From assembly GCF_009914755.1 (NCBI RefSeq), contig NC_060940.1: a stretch of DNA of 64,000 nucleotides. The stretch is one strand, 5' to 3'. This stretch comes from the human T2T-CHM13v2.0 reference genome, Homo sapiens. The notes under the pieces are model-generated. The model was given only the letters and a program-made list of their open reading frames with translations, searched no databases and was not told the origin of the DNA. The position numbers and the translations under genes are program-made. Shown here piece by piece: positions 54,416 through 64,000 of this stretch. How positions within the stretch are numbered: the stretch's first letter is position 1; every line of letters begins with the position of its first letter.

Positions 54416-55166
54416 ATAAAAGTTGTCTTTTGGTGTTTATTGACTTCAATGGCACTGAAAATGAGCAATAACCAAATGAAATGTAATAAGTATATCAAAT
54501 TATATATTTTGGTTCAAAAAAAGCTTATGTGGGCAAAATACTGATCTGAAGATGGGACTACAATAGGATGGGGCTGCCAGAAAATATGATGCAATCTCAG
54601 TTACATAATTTAAGTACAGTGTCCAGAATAAGGGAGGTAATTGTCCTGCTCTGCTCTAAGCTGGTAAGAGCCTTACTCTATTAACTTACAAGAAACAAAT
54701 TCTCTGCAGCCATCTAAGCCTAGAAGAGAACCAAAATATCATTTATCCCTGCTGAGAACACAGTAGGGACTCTAGAAATCAAAAAATAGCTATACCTTCT
54801 CAACAGCAACACTAATGGTCTTATTCTCAGAAAAAGAGATATTGGTTGCTACTCTCATGCTCTATTTCATGGTGCCATCTCTGCTTCTATTCTACTGAGG
54901 CAATATAACATAGTGTTTAAAAGCATAGGCTCTTGAGTTTGCCTATAATATAACCTCCATTCCTCAATTTCCTTTGCTATAAAGTGAAAACAATAACAGA
55001 ACCTTCCTTGCAGAGTTGTTGAACGAGTTAAGCAAGTTAGTCCATGTAAAATTACCTAGTTCCTGGCACAGTAAGTGCCTCCTAAGTGTTACCTTGTATT
55101 AGTATTACTAGTCCTGATACTACTCTGCTCTTCTAGCTCTTGTGCACTACTTCTCACATCCTTCTA

Positions 55167-56025
<859 letters not shown>

Positions 56026-56029
56026 TTTT

Positions 56030-57372
<1,343 letters not shown>

Positions 57373-57589
57373 TGTTTTTCTTGATTTCTATACCACTCTC
57401 TTTCCTTTGAATTCCCTGAGAGGACTGAATAGGTTGTTCTATTACCATTTAGTAGGAAGCAGCCCTGCTGGGTGAGTTGTCAAGCCAGTCACCAAGGGGC
57501 TTCCAGCTGCAGTTTGTGATTGAATCCTCTGATCTGCCTCCCACTAGATTCCACTATCATTAGCTTCACTGATACCAATGAGTGTGGGT

Positions 57590-59493
<1,904 letters not shown>

Positions 59494-59811
59494 TCAACCA
59501 ATTCCATGCAGTTGTACTATAAACAACAGAAGTTGGTCTGGGCTTCTCAGTAAGACACTCTGATAAGGAGGCCTCAGGCACACTAGAGAATCAGTTCAGA
59601 GCTAGCGTCTCTCTCTTACCCTCTACCTAGCCGTTACCAATTTTAGCCTTCTCAGGTGTGTTCTTTAAATGCATAAACCTTGAAACTGTGCCAACCTGGA
59701 TCCTTTGCCAAGAAGGCTGGAAGTTCTGTTACTTTAGGGAGTCTCAGTTTCTTGGCAGGTGACTCACCAAGACCTGCGTGGGTGCATTTCTCTGCCTCTC
59801 CATATAACTAG

Positions 59812-60520
<709 letters not shown>

Positions 60521-60901
60521 AATCATTTCTTAAATTGTCTTGGGCTCTAATAGTCTATGGGACTGTATCAGCAACCTGGAGAAGGACAGGAAGGCTGGAG
60601 AGAGATGTCAGTCATCTGGTGAGACCAGGGCCCACGGCTATACAAATCAAGAGTAGTGATTCACACTAGTCCTTGGCTGGGACAGAATGCTGTTTGAACA
60701 CATGCACACGCAGGTGTGTTCACACACAGGCACCTGGGAAGGCAGGCAGGTTCTTAAAGGAGGCTCCCATCATTCTGAATTATGACCATGCTTTCATCTT
60801 CACAACTCAAGATCTATTTTCAGATGCTATCTTGAGGTTTTGAACCCCACGAAGGCTCAATGAATGAATTCCCCTGAAGGTTCGTTGAAAATGAGGTACC
60901 T

Positions 60902-61193
60902 GGCCAGGTGCAGTGGCTCACGCCTGTAATCACAGCACTTTGGGAGGCTGAGGCAGGAGAATCATTTGAGGTCAAGTGTTTGAAACCAGCCTGGCTAACA
61001 TGGCAAGACCCCGTCTCTACTAAAAAATACAAAAATTAGCCGAGTGTGGTGGCGGGTGCCTGTCAGTAGGCTGAGGCAGGAGAATTGCTCGAACCCAGCG
61101 GGCGGAGCTTGTAGTGAACTAAGATGGTGTCACTGCACTCCAGCCTAGATGACAGAGTGAGACTCCGTCTCAAAGAAAAAAAAGAAAAGAAAA
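60902..61193 (+). mobile_element. AluS inserted at the NQO1 exon 5 donor
   Basis: 15-bp target-site duplication gaaaatgaggtacct at 60887-60901 and 61194-61208. Confidence 0.92.
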
Positions 61194-61206
61194 GAAAATG
61201 AGGTAC

Positions 61207-61308
61207 CTGAATTGGCCAGAGAATGACATTCATGTCCCCGTGGATCCCTTGCAGAGAGTACATGGAGCCACTGCCACCAGTGGTGATGGAAAGCACTGCC
61301 TTCTTACT
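61207..61308 (-). CDS. NQO1: NQO1 exon 5
   Basis: Minus strand gcAG|AGT AAG AAG ... ATT CAG|GTacct; [34 protein letters not shown]; 102 nt. Confidence 0.97.
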
Positions 61309-61867
61309 CTGCAAAAGAAAAAGCAATAACAAACTTCACTTCCCTCCACATCCCCTTGGTGACAAGAAGTTAATGAAACAGCTCCAGGGAAAAGAACACA
61401 CAAGTCTGTCCTATTTGCTGTTTATATTACTTCATACTTTGGCTCCCCTGAGCTACATAATATGACTCTGCAGGAGTGCCAGCCTAGATGGTCTACAGAC
61501 CGGTGGCCTGGGGCAAATGAAGGATTCCAAACCCCCACATGTGGCTTAGGACGAGGCTGTCACCATATCCAAAATCAGTGCTGGCTGCTGGCTGCCTAGG
61601 TGGAGTTATTGGTTGTTCTTATCCATCCTCCCACGGGCTAGGCATGGCGTAGGACAAGCTCTTTCATCTGGAAGGTCTCGAAGGGTTCCCTGTGCAGGAT
61701 TTGGGCCTCCAAAAAATGAAGACAGGCCTTCTTTTGTTTTTATTATGGAAATTTTTAACACATGTAAATGAGAAAATAGTGCTGCATCTATCACTCACCT
61801 TCACCTCTCAGTATTCTGCTATTCTAGTTTTAGCTCGACCCATGACCCCCTTTTTCTCTGGAGCGTT

Positions 61868-63998
<2,131 letters not shown>

Positions 63999-64000
63999 TG

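Overview
Human (primate) genomic DNA, very Alu-rich, recognisable as the NFAT5-NQO1 junction on chromosome 16q22. The + strand carries the 3' part of NFAT5 (TonEBP): ten coding exons (5-14 by the usual 15-exon numbering, recalled from memory) encoding the Rel-homology/IPT DNA-binding region and a Q/S/P-rich C-terminal domain, then a ~8.3 kb non-coding last exon (44544 to ~52840). After a ~4.7 kb spacer, NQO1 converges from the - strand (exons 4-6 plus a 3' UTR with several poly(A) signals). All exons join in frame with GT-AG boundaries. The rest is roughly 70 Alus, a 5'-truncated L1PA, MST/MER21 LTRs, Tigger/MER5 relics, L2/MIR fragments and a U13 snoRNA retrocopy. I found no new gene or multi-component system. 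The most interesting signals are small local duplications with possible splicing or structural effects: (1) a 43-bp tandem duplication of the NFAT5 exon 14 acceptor, creating a competing frameshifting 3' splice site; (2) an Alu whose target-site duplication copied the NQO1 exon 5 donor; (3) a ~320-bp near-perfect palindrome between the two convergent 3' ends; (4) a ~150-bp inverted templated insertion with a fold-back junction in NFAT5 intron 7; (5) a probable L1 3' transduction; (6) a cryptic ~20-27 aa repeat in the NFAT5 C-terminus. Coordinates were read by hand, and repeat boundaries are approximate.
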